DNA of 45,750 bases. It comes from an uncultured Eubacteriales bacterium. GTDB taxonomy: Bacteria > Bacillota > Clostridia > UMGS1810. The position numbers were made by a program, and so were the translations under genes. The notes below the pieces were generated by a model. It saw nothing but the letters and a program-made list of their open reading frames with translations. It did not search any database and was not told the origin of the DNA. The stretch covers positions 1-45,750 of the forward strand of contig USKN01000001.1 in the NCBI GenBank assembly GCA_900555295.1, read 5' to 3'. This document shows positions 19,055 to 27,152 of this stretch, in pieces. Every line of letters begins with the position of its first letter. Position 1 is the stretch's first letter.

Positions 19055-19560
19055 TTACAGCTCATTTTTGTTATACACGCAAATCAAAATATGCGTGCCG
19101 CCTTTTTTTAAAAAGGCAGCATTTGATGCAATGTTTAATACATTTCCATTTATACACTTTTCTAACATATAATCAATTTCATTTCGCATCAAAAAGAATG
19201 CTGCTTTAAAGTTTATATCTGTTAAAACGTCCCATTCATCCTCGGTTATATCCCAAGGCTCATAGCCTCTACCCGTATACTGACTTGTCCCTAACGCTGC
19301 TGCATTAACAAAGCCATTAACACCGCCTAAGGTTTTTGCTGCCTCGTTAAAAAGCGCAATATGCTCTTTTACATTTGTTATATCAAATGCCTTGTAATAC
19401 AAATTTTTACTGTTTATTTCTTCTGCGGCATTTTTCAGTTTTCTTCATTTCTGCCTGTTATTAAAACTTTTGCACCGGCATCACAAAAACGCTTTGCAAT
19501 AGCTTTTCCAATACCGCTGCCACCACCGAAAACTAATATTTTATCGTTTCTGAGTTTCGT
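19055..19560 (-). pseudogene. Short-chain dehydrogenase/reductase (SDR), decayed
   Basis: Hand translation from 19560 gives TKLRNDKILVFGGGSGIGKAIAKRFCDAGAKVLITGRNEEN*, a Rossmann GxxxGxG. The start position, 6 nt after GGAGG, carries ACG rather than ATG. A frameshift in an A run at about 19439-19442 joins it to ORF 19055..19402 (LKNAAEEINSKNLYYKAFDITN...NIASNAAF). The sequence ends at about 150 aa, before the catalytic YxxxK. Confidence 0.7.
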
Positions 19561-19561
19561 T

Positions 19562-20476
19562 TTAACCCTCCTGACACTTTAGCATTCTTATCGGATTTTT
19601 TCTGATAATTTCGTCAGCAATTTCTTTTTCAAGTCTCGGCAATATGTATTTGAATGCATAATCAAATCTTGTGTTACTTTTGATTTGCGGATTAGCTTCA
19701 AACCCATTGAAGAGCAGTTCATCATGTGAAAGAATAATCTTGTCTTTGTAGCCGAAGTCACAAAGTGTTAAAATAACCCCAAGCTTTTTATTGATATAAT
19801 CCTCGTTTGTGTTATTATACATCCGGTCAAGACCGATGTAGCAGCCAAGTTTTGCAAATTTTGTTATGTAATCAATATCCTCTGTATCGCTCAGATGACC
19901 TACGGTAATACATTCAGGTCTGACTCCATTTCGGAGCAGAATTTCAACTGCTGTCAGTCCGTTTTTGTTATTTGCGTTTGTGTGCAAAACAACCGGAAGT
20001 CCCAGCTTTTGATGAGCAAGTGCGGTCGCCTTTAATAATTTTTCGTTAAAACTGCTGATTGTCTCGTTTTCAACTGCCGCTTTTATAATTCCTGCATTGT
20101 TTTTTTCAGCATCACAAACAATATATTCGGCGAGTGTTTCTTCGCTCATATTATACAAAACAGGCTCATCCGTATAGTAAAAACCCGTTGAACAGACAAT
20201 GTGCACGCTGCTTTCTTTGGATATTTTCTTTAACAAATCAATATTTCTTCCTATGTTTATGGGGGTACAATCAACAAACAAATTCATCCCGTAGGTATCT
20301 TTTAGCCTTTTGAGTTCAGCTATGCTTTTGCTTGCTATTTTTTCTGTATCAAGGTATGCTTTGCCTGCCATTTTAAACAGATATTCTGAAAAACAACAAA
20401 TATGTTCGTGACAAAGACAAGCCTTTACTTCCGATTCATTTATTGTCCTCAAAACGGTATTGATAAACCTGCTCAC
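19562..20476 (-). CDS. Phosphotriesterase-family (amidohydrolase, PTE/Php-like) protein
   Basis: 304 aa with a GTG start after AGGAGGAA. Metal ligand pattern is CHEH (HxH), VVLHTN, VGHLSD and LSHDE. Appears intact. Confidence 0.85.
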   Translation of the reverse strand: MSRFINTVLRTINESEVKACLCHEHICCFSEYLFKMAGKAYLDTEKIASKSIAELKRLKDTYGMNLFVDCTPINIGRNIDLLKKISKESSVHIVCSTGFYYTDEPVLYNMSEETLAEYIVCDAEKNNAGIIKAAVENETISSFNEKLLKATALAHQKLGLPVVLHTNANNKNGLTAVEILLRNGVRPECITVGHLSDTEDIDYITKFAKLGCYIGLDRMYNNTNEDYINKKLGVILTLCDFGYKDKIILSHDELLFNGFEANPQIKSNTRFDYAFKYILPRLEKEIADEIIRKNPIRMLKCQEG

Positions 20477-20487
20477 TCTAATTCCTC

Positions 20488-20731
20488 CTACAATTGCATT
20501 TTTTCAAGTTCTTTTATTTTTTCTGCCCATTCTTCGGCAATTTCCGTTTCTTCATTATGTAAAGTTCATAAAACCTCTTTAAGTTGACTTAAATGTGCCT
20601 CACAGCTTACAAGATTAAAATTACCCGAGGCGTTATATTTTTCAAGGTTATTATAAACCTCCGGCAATGAAGGACACCACTGATGGTTCCACGCCCAGCC
20701 CATAAAGTATAATTTTATCAGGCATCTTCAT
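20488..20731 (-). pseudogene. Broken small ORF of unknown family upstream of the PTE gene
   Basis: Hand translation gives MKMPDKIILYG, a frameshift at about 20688-20703, then WAWNHQWCPSLPEVYNNLEKYNASGNFNLVSCEAHLSQLKEVL, an in-frame TGA at 20566-20568, then TLHNEETEIAEEWAEKIKELEKMQL*. Confidence 0.35.
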
Positions 20732-20745
20732 CACCACCCAAGAAA

Positions 20746-20774
20746 ATTATAGCATATTTTGTTGCGAAATACAA
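20746..20774 (-). promoter_or_regulatory. Candidate promoter of the small-ORF/PTE/SDR transcription unit
   Basis: On the minus strand: TTGTAT (20774-20769), a 17-nt spacer, TGC-TATAAT (extended -10, TATAAT at 20751-20746). Confidence 0.4.
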
Positions 20775-20891
20775 TATGTATAGATTAAATCGAATTACAC
20801 ACCGCATAAAACAATATTTTCTAAAGTTCTCAAAAAACAGAGTAGCAAAACAATTTAGTTTTACTGCTCCCTCTGTATATTTTACAAATGC

Positions 20892-20938
20892 AAAAAAGAC
20901 TTGCGGCAAAATTATTTTATCTTCCGCAAGTCTTTTTT
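20892..20938 (-). terminator. Terminator of the liv operon (bidirectional shape)
   Basis: AGACTTGCGG (20897-20906) pairs with CCGCAAGTCT (20924-20933), with an A6 run on the left and a T6 run on the right. Lies immediately after the livF stop. Confidence 0.65.
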
Positions 20939-20939
20939 A

Positions 20940-21647
20940 TTATTCACCCAAATATGCTTTTTTAATTTGTTCGTTATTTAACAAGTCACTCGATTTACCC
21001 GAAAGTACAATTTTACCCGTTTCAAGAACGTATGCTCTATCGGCAATCGAAAGCGCCTTTTTGGCATTTTGCTCTACCAGCAAAACTGTTGTACCGTCTT
21101 TTGATACCTCCTGTATTATTTTAAATATTTCAGATACAAGAAGCGGTGAAAGACCCATAGACGGCTCGTCCATAAGTATTATTTTGGGATTTGACATAAG
21201 CGCACGTCCCATAGCAAGCATTTGCTGTTCACCGCCGGAGAGTGTTCCTGCAATTTGGTTTTTACGCTCTTTAAGACGGGGAAAATGGTCGTATACATAT
21301 TTTAAATTTTCAGCAATTTTCTTTTTATCATTTAATATAAATGCACCCAAAATTAAGTTTTCGTATACCGAGAGCTCATGAAAAATACGTCTTCCCTCGG
21401 GAACGTGTGCCATTCCGAGCGATACAATTTTATGTGCGGGTGTTTTGGTTAAATCAACACCCTGAAACTCTATTGTACCCTCTTTTGACGTAATAAGCCC
21501 CGTTACCGTATGCAATATAGTGGTTTTGCCCGCACCGTTTGCTCCTATAAGCGCTATTATTTCACCTTGATTAACTTCAAAGGAAACGCCTTTAATAGCA
21601 TTAATCATACCGTAGTATACTTGCAAGTTTTCTACTTTAAGCATCAT
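20940..21647 (-). CDS. livF: Branched-chain amino acid ABC transporter ATP-binding protein LivF
   Basis: 235 aa. Walker A GANGAGKTT, signature LSGGEQQ, Walker B ILMDEPS. Last gene of the livJHMGF order. Confidence 0.9.
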   Translation of the reverse strand: MMLKVENLQVYYGMINAIKGVSFEVNQGEIIALIGANGAGKTTILHTVTGLITSKEGTIEFQGVDLTKTPAHKIVSLGMAHVPEGRRIFHELSVYENLILGAFILNDKKKIAENLKYVYDHFPRLKERKNQIAGTLSGGEQQMLAMGRALMSNPKIILMDEPSMGLSPLLVSEIFKIIQEVSKDGTTVLLVEQNAKKALSIADRAYVLETGKIVLSGKSSDLLNNEQIKKAYLGE

Positions 21648-21666
21648 AAAAGTTTTCCTCCTTAAA

Positions 21667-22431
21667 TTAATCGTCGTCGCCTATATACGCTTTAATAACT
21701 TCGGGGTTATTAAGCACTTCTGCTGTATTGCCCTGAGCAAGCACCGTACCGAAATTAAGCACCGTAAGCTGTTCACATATACCGCCTACAAGCTTCATAT
21801 CGTGCTCAATAAGCAATATTGTCATATCAAAATTATCACGTACAAACTTAATTGTTTCCATAAGTTCCGCCGTTTCAATGGGGTTCATACCTGCGGCGGG
21901 TTCGTCTAAAAGCAAAAGTTTCGGCTCTGTTGCAAGCGCACGTGCAATTTCAAGTTTACGCTGTTTACCGTACGGTAAATTTTTTGCGTGTACTTTGCTT
22001 TCGCCGTCCAAATCAAATACTTTAAGTATTTCCAGCGCTTTTTCACGTGCCCTCTTTTCGTTTTTTCTAAAACGGCCTACACGGAATATTCCCTCAAAAA
22101 GCGAATAATCGGTACTGTTTGAAAGACCTGCCATTACATTATGCAAAACTGTCATTTCGCTGAAAAGACGAATGTTTTGAAATGTTCTGGCAACACCCTT
22201 TTTATTAATTTCAACGGGGTCGAGTCCGTCTATTTGTTCACCGTCCAAATAAATTGAACCCGAGGTGGGTTTGTACACACCTGTAAGCATATTAAACACG
22301 GTTGTTTTGCCCGCTCCGTTAGGTCCTATTAAACCGTAAAGCTGACCTTTTTCTATTTTTAAATCAAGTAAATCAACGGCTTTAAGTCCGCCGAATTGTA
22401 TTCCAAGGTTTTTTGTTTCAAGAATTGCCAT
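21667..22431 (-). CDS. livG: Branched-chain amino acid ABC transporter ATP-binding protein LivG
   Basis: 254 aa. Walker A GPNGAGKTT, LPYGKQRKLEIARAL, LLLDEPAAG. Confidence 0.9.
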   Translation of the reverse strand: MAILETKNLGIQFGGLKAVDLLDLKIEKGQLYGLIGPNGAGKTTVFNMLTGVYKPTSGSIYLDGEQIDGLDPVEINKKGVARTFQNIRLFSEMTVLHNVMAGLSNSTDYSLFEGIFRVGRFRKNEKRAREKALEILKVFDLDGESKVHAKNLPYGKQRKLEIARALATEPKLLLLDEPAAGMNPIETAELMETIKFVRDNFDMTILLIEHDMKLVGGICEQLTVLNFGTVLAQGNTAEVLNNPEVIKAYIGDDD

Positions 22432-23507
22432 TACGCATTTCCCCCTTTCGCCGTTGTTTTAGTCAAAATCTTTTTAGGGGAAATTTTAGACTTAAACTCT
22501 TTAAAACGTTCATTATTGTTTAAAAGCATCATAGCTATAAGCACTACCGCATAAAGAATCATTCTGTAGTCAGCTATTGCTCTTAATGCCTCGGGCAATG
22601 CGTACAATACGGTTGCCGCAATAATTGCGCCGCGCATTTTCTTCATACCGCCCAAAACAACAAATACAAGTATTAAAATAGATTGATTGTAATCAAATTT
22701 AACGGCGGTAAGCGTATGAAGATTATGCGAATACAAAACACCCGCAATGCCCGCAAAAAATGCCGAAACAACAAATGCCGTCATTTTTGATTTTGTTACA
22801 TCAATACCCATAGCTTGTGCGGCTATGCGGTTATCTCTCGATGCTTTTATTGAACGTCCGTACTTTGAATCGATAAGATTTAAAAGTACAAAAAGCGCAA
22901 TCATTATAACCACAAAGCATATCCAAAACTGTGAGTCGGCAGGAGTACCCGTTATACCCTGCGCACCTTTAATAAGGTCTTTTTTTGTTGCAAAGTCAAA
23001 CTGATGTGCCGTAAATTTTTCGGAGCTTAATGTAAAAAACACTCCGTTTTTATCGTACGACAAATACATATTGTTAAATATGTTTTTTATAATTTCGCCA
23101 AATGCAAGCGTAACTATTGCAAGGTAGTCACCTTGAAGTCTTAATACGGGAATACCTATTAAAAACCCCATAATTGCCGCAATTACGCCGCCAATTAATA
23201 TTGCAAGCGGAAATCTTATCCAAGCCGATGTTAATGTTTGCTGTGTAACCACACTGAATAGACTTCCCACAAATGCGCCTATGCACATAAACCCTGCGTG
23301 GCCGAGGCTCAACTCACCCGATATGCCTACCACAAGATTAAGCGACATTGCCGCAAGTACGTTAACGCATATAGGAACCAAAAGTCCCGTAAACTTATTT
23401 GAGGCAACACCTGTTGATACCATAAGCTGGGCTATAACAAACACAATTACTACCATTGCATAAGTTATATATTTATCTTTTGTACTGTTACGAAGTTTTT
23501 TATCCAC
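22431..23507 (-). CDS. livM: Branched-chain amino acid ABC transporter permease LivM
   Basis: 358 aa polytopic permease with GELSLGHAGFM typical of LivM. Its stop overlaps the livG start. Confidence 0.88.
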   Translation of the reverse strand: MDKKLRNSTKDKYITYAMVVIVFVIAQLMVSTGVASNKFTGLLVPICVNVLAAMSLNLVVGISGELSLGHAGFMCIGAFVGSLFSVVTQQTLTSAWIRFPLAILIGGVIAAIMGFLIGIPVLRLQGDYLAIVTLAFGEIIKNIFNNMYLSYDKNGVFFTLSSEKFTAHQFDFATKKDLIKGAQGITGTPADSQFWICFVVIMIALFVLLNLIDSKYGRSIKASRDNRIAAQAMGIDVTKSKMTAFVVSAFFAGIAGVLYSHNLHTLTAVKFDYNQSILILVFVVLGGMKKMRGAIIAATVLYALPEALRAIADYRMILYAVVLIAMMLLNNNERFKEFKSKISPKKILTKTTAKGGNA

Positions 23508-23518
23508 GGTATCACCTC

Positions 23519-24391
23519 TTATACTTTCTCATTTAGTTTTTTGCCGAGCAAGCCTGTAGGCTTAACCAGCAACACAATTATAAGAACCGCAAAAACAATT
23601 GCGTCCGCAAGCTGCGATGAAATATACGCTTTGCTTAAACTTTCTATAATTCCGAGTAACACACCGCCAACCATTGCACCGGGAATACTGCCTATACCGC
23701 CGAAAACCGCCGCGGTAAACGCTTTAATACCGGGCATTGCGCCTGTATAAGGGCTGATTTGCGGATATGTTGAACAAAGAAGTATACTTGCTACGGCGGC
23801 AAGTGCCGAACCTATTGCAAATGTTACCGAAATTGTACGGTTTACATTTATACCCATAAGCTGTGCCGCACCTTTATCTTCGGATACAGCCTGCATTGAG
23901 CGGCCCGTTTTGGTTTTGTTTACAAAAAGTGTAAGCGCCGCCATTATAATAACCGTTACCACAACGGTTACTATGGTTTCGCCGGTGATACGTATTTCGT
24001 TTCCTATAGAAAAATGAGGAACAACCGAATTAAAACTTCTTGCGGCAGAACCGAAAATTAAAAGTGCAAGGTTTTGCAGGAAATAGCTTACGCCTATTGC
24101 GGTAATAAGCACTGTTAGCGGCGAGCAATTTCTTAGCGGTTTATATGCTATTTTTTCTATAAGCACACCAAGTACCACGCACACAATAATTGACGATATA
24201 ATTGCTGTCCACACAGGAAAATGCAGTGTTGATACTGCGGTAAATACCACATATCCGCCTACCATAATAATATCCCCGTGAGCAAAATTAAGCATTTTGG
24301 CAATGCCGTAAACCATTGTGTAACCGAGTGCTATAAGTGCATATATGCTTCCAAGACTTATTCCGGTTACCATATAAGATAAAAAATTCAT
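23519..24391 (-). CDS. livH: Branched-chain amino acid ABC transporter permease LivH
   Basis: 290 aa. GSIYALIALGYTMVYG and NFAHGD are hallmark LivH N-terminal motifs. Confidence 0.9.
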   Translation of the reverse strand: MNFLSYMVTGISLGSIYALIALGYTMVYGIAKMLNFAHGDIIMVGGYVVFTAVSTLHFPVWTAIISSIIVCVVLGVLIEKIAYKPLRNCSPLTVLITAIGVSYFLQNLALLIFGSAARSFNSVVPHFSIGNEIRITGETIVTVVVTVIIMAALTLFVNKTKTGRSMQAVSEDKGAAQLMGINVNRTISVTFAIGSALAAVASILLCSTYPQISPYTGAMPGIKAFTAAVFGGIGSIPGAMVGGVLLGIIESLSKAYISSQLADAIVFAVLIIVLLVKPTGLLGKKLNEKV

Positions 24392-24424
24392 ATTCTTTTG
24401 CTCCTCTGTAAAAGACTTTTAAAT

Positions 24425-24473
24425 GAAAAAACAAAAAACACAATTAGGCTATTAAAAATTTAATAGCCTAATT
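24425..24473 (-). terminator. Intra-operon intrinsic terminator/attenuator between livJ and livH
   Basis: Perfect 15-nt inverted repeat AATTAGGCTATTAAA (24442-24456) and TTTAATAGCCTAATT (24459-24473), followed on the minus strand by GTGTTTTTTGTTTTTT. Confidence 0.65.
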
Positions 24474-24542
24474 TGTAATTTTCCTTTAAATTTCTGATTA
24501 TAATCGTTGTTTAAACAATGTTTAAATCAGGTATAATTTGAC

Positions 24543-25715
24543 TTACATTGCTTTGTAAGCACCGTTTTCTATAACCATAGCTTTAGGCTCTTTTGTAGGT
24601 TCGCCTGTTTCGGACCAATTCATTGTTCCCGTAACACCTTCAACGGTAATTTCGGTCATAACGGCTTTAAGTTTATCGCAAAGGTCGCTTGCGCTGATTG
24701 ACGCGTCTTTAATATCTGCTTTTTCCATTGCGGTTTTAATTGTGTAAATAGCGTCATATGCGTCTGCCGCAAACTGAATAGGAACTTCCTTAAATTTTTC
24801 TTTATAAGCGGCTGTAAACTTTTGTGTTGCTTCGTCTTTTGCGTCAGGTGCAAAAGGTGTTAAAAGCATTACACCGTCTGCCAAAGACGCGTTATCGTCG
24901 AGCTGACCTATAAGTCCGTCAAGACCGTCGCAGCCAAAGAATTTTGTTTCAAGACCTGCTTTATTTGCCTGTGTAAGTATTAAAGCGGCTTCCTGGTAAT
25001 AAATTGGGAGAAACACAAGTTCTGCTCCGCTTTCTTTAATTTTTTGAATTTGTACGGTAAAGTCTGTTGCCGAATCTTTTGTAAATGCCTGTGCAGTTGT
25101 AATTTCTATACCCTGTGTCTGTGCTTCCGATGCAAATTTTTCGTAAATACCAGATGAATATACATCAGAGCTGTTATAAATTACGGCAACTTTTTTTGCT
25201 ATATTATTTTCTGCGATATAACGAGCCGATGCTGAACCCTGGTCGGGATCGCTGAAACAAATTCTGAATGCATTGTCGTTTGCAACACAGTCAACTGCCG
25301 ATGCCGACGGTGAAATCTGAAAGATATTATCCTCTGCCGATTTTGCCGATACAGCAACGCAAGGTACGCTCGTAACTGTTCCCATAAGTACTTTCATACC
25401 CTTATCAAGAAGTGTGTTATATGCGTTAACCGATTTTTCGGCGTCGTGTTCATCGTCCTGAAAATCAAGTTTAAGTTTAATACCGTTTACTCCGCCTGCG
25501 GCATTAATTTCGTCAATTGCAAGTTCTGCACCGTTTTTAACTGCTATACCATATGATGCAGCCGCACCTGTTAAAGGACCTATTCCACCGATTAGCAATT
25601 CGGACGAATTTCCGTCATTTTTTTCTGTTTTGCCTGCAGTGTCTTTTTGGGAGCAACCTGCAAAACTCATTACAGTAAGCATAGCCGCAACCGATAATGC
25701 TAAAAACTTTTTCAT
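24543..25715 (-). CDS. livJ: Branched-chain amino acid ABC transporter substrate-binding lipoprotein
   Basis: 390 aa. Signal peptide with lipobox SFAGC|S. Type I periplasmic binding fold pattern (IGGIGPLTGAAASYG...). Confidence 0.88.
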   Translation of the reverse strand: MKKFLALSVAAMLTVMSFAGCSQKDTAGKTEKNDGNSSELLIGGIGPLTGAAASYGIAVKNGAELAIDEINAAGGVNGIKLKLDFQDDEHDAEKSVNAYNTLLDKGMKVLMGTVTSVPCVAVSAKSAEDNIFQISPSASAVDCVANDNAFRICFSDPDQGSASARYIAENNIAKKVAVIYNSSDVYSSGIYEKFASEAQTQGIEITTAQAFTKDSATDFTVQIQKIKESGAELVFLPIYYQEAALILTQANKAGLETKFFGCDGLDGLIGQLDDNASLADGVMLLTPFAPDAKDEATQKFTAAYKEKFKEVPIQFAADAYDAIYTIKTAMEKADIKDASISASDLCDKLKAVMTEITVEGVTGTMNWSETGEPTKEPKAMVIENGAYKAM

Positions 25716-25780
25716 TTAAATCCTCTCCTTTTTTTGTTTAATTAATATTGTGTGACACATTTTTTTAATTTCGCAATATT

Positions 25781-25795
25781 AATTTTAACGTAATT
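25781..25795 (-). promoter_or_regulatory. Weak CodY-box-like sequence at the start of the livJ leader
   Basis: The minus strand reads AATTACGTTAAAATT, 11/15 matches to the AATTTTCWGAAAATT consensus, overlapping the predicted -10. Speculative. Confidence 0.25.
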
Positions 25796-25821
25796 TTAAG
25801 ATATTATGCACGTTTTGTCAA
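25793..25821 (-). promoter_or_regulatory. Candidate promoter of livJHMGF
   Basis: On the minus strand: TTGACA (25821-25816), a 17-nt spacer, TAAAAT (25798-25793). Confidence 0.45.
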
Positions 25822-25921
25822 TAGCTTTAATTGTTTTTTGTGAATATTTTGTAACTTTTATGAATTGTCGGTACAATATTTATTCAAAAATTAAGTCCGT
25901 AAAAACGTTTTCTAGCAAAAA

Positions 25922-27133
25922 TTACAACATTTTTGCAAGTCTTTCTCCAACAGCAACCAAAAAATCACGTGTATTAACTTTCTTTTTGTTTTCCAAAGTT
26001 GAAAGCAAATACAAATCGCCCGTCATAACTCCGCTCTCTATTGTTTCTATTGTTGCCCTTTCAAGCAAATCGGCATATTTTACAAGTTCATCAAGTCCGT
26101 CAAGCATTCCGCGTTTTCTAAACGCACCAGACCAGGCAAAAATTGTTGCAACTGAATTTGTTGATGTTTCTTCGCCTTTAAGATGTTTGTAATAATGGCG
26201 CTGAACCGTGCCGTGAGCCGCCTCATACTCGTATACTCCGTCGGGTGATACAAGCACGCTTGTCATCATTGCAAGAGAGCCGTATGCCGTTGCAACCATA
26301 TCGCTCATCACATCGCCGTCATAGTTTTTGCAAGCCCAAATATATCCGCCCTCGGAGCGAATTACTCTTGCAACGGCGTCGTCTATAAGCGTATAGAAAT
26401 ACTCTATATTTGCTTTTTCAAATTTATCTTTATATTCGTTTTCAAATATTTCTCTGAAAATATCTTTAAATCTGTGGTCATATTTCTTTGAAATGGTATC
26501 TTTTGTTGCAAACCACAAATCCTGTTTTGTATCGAGCGCATAATTAAAGCAGCAGCGTGCAAAGCTCGATATTGACTTATCTGTATTGTGAAGTCCCTGT
26601 ATAATGCCCGACGTACCGTTAAATGTGTGAATTACTTCTCTTTTTTCGGCACCGTCCGCCATTGTGCATACAAGCTCGCATTTTGAGCCTTCGGGCACTT
26701 GCATTTCGGTGTTTTTATATACATCGCCATAAGCGTGACGCGCTATTGTAATAGGCTTTGTCCAAGTGGGTATATACGGAGTAATGCCATTTACCGTAAT
26801 AGGCGCGCGGAACACCGTTCCGTCAAGTATGGCACGAATTGTACCGTTGGGCGATTTCCACATTTCTTTTAAATTGTACTCTGTCATTCTGTCGGCATTT
26901 GGGGTAATTGTAGCACATTTAACCGCAACACCGTATTTTTTTGTTGCCTCCGCGGAATCAACCGTTACTTTATCGTCGGTTTCGTTTCTGTGTTCGAGTC
27001 CCAAATCATAATATTCCGATTTTAAATCAACATACGGCAAAATGAGAATATCTTTAATCATTTTCCATATTACTCTTGTCATTTCGTCGCCGTCCATCTC
27101 AACGAGAGGCGTTTTCATTGCTATTTTCTGCAT
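25922..27133 (-). CDS. icd: NADP-dependent isocitrate dehydrogenase (eukaryote-like IDH1/2 type)
   Basis: 403 aa. [13 protein letters not shown]...[30 protein letters not shown] is the hallmark of the ~400-aa homodimeric IDH subfamily. Confidence 0.92.
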   Translation of the reverse strand: MQKIAMKTPLVEMDGDEMTRVIWKMIKDILILPYVDLKSEYYDLGLEHRNETDDKVTVDSAEATKKYGVAVKCATITPNADRMTEYNLKEMWKSPNGTIRAILDGTVFRAPITVNGITPYIPTWTKPITIARHAYGDVYKNTEMQVPEGSKCELVCTMADGAEKREVIHTFNGTSGIIQGLHNTDKSISSFARCCFNYALDTKQDLWFATKDTISKKYDHRFKDIFREIFENEYKDKFEKANIEYFYTLIDDAVARVIRSEGGYIWACKNYDGDVMSDMVATAYGSLAMMTSVLVSPDGVYEYEAAHGTVQRHYYKHLKGEETSTNSVATIFAWSGAFRKRGMLDGLDELVKYADLLERATIETIESGVMTGDLYLLSTLENKKKVNTRDFLVAVGERLAKML

Positions 27134-27152
27134 TTAAATCAACTCCTGTATG

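Noticed and set aside
20566-20568. In-frame TGA in the small ORF as a selenocysteine codon
   Set aside because: - No SECIS-like hairpin lies immediately downstream.
- The same ORF also carries a frameshift.
- The residue context is not redox-like.
20776-21381. 201-aa plus-strand ORF
   Set aside because: - It is antisense to livF and to the liv terminator.
- Its composition is low-complexity Ser/Phe/Ile, typical of shadow frames.
25716-25921. T-box or riboswitch leader upstream of livJ
   Set aside because: - The leader is only about 75 nt from the predicted -10 to the ATG.
- It has no specifier-loop or T-box sequence and no terminator/antiterminator pair.
- Only a small TGTGT-G-ACACA palindrome and an 11/15 CodY-like box were seen.
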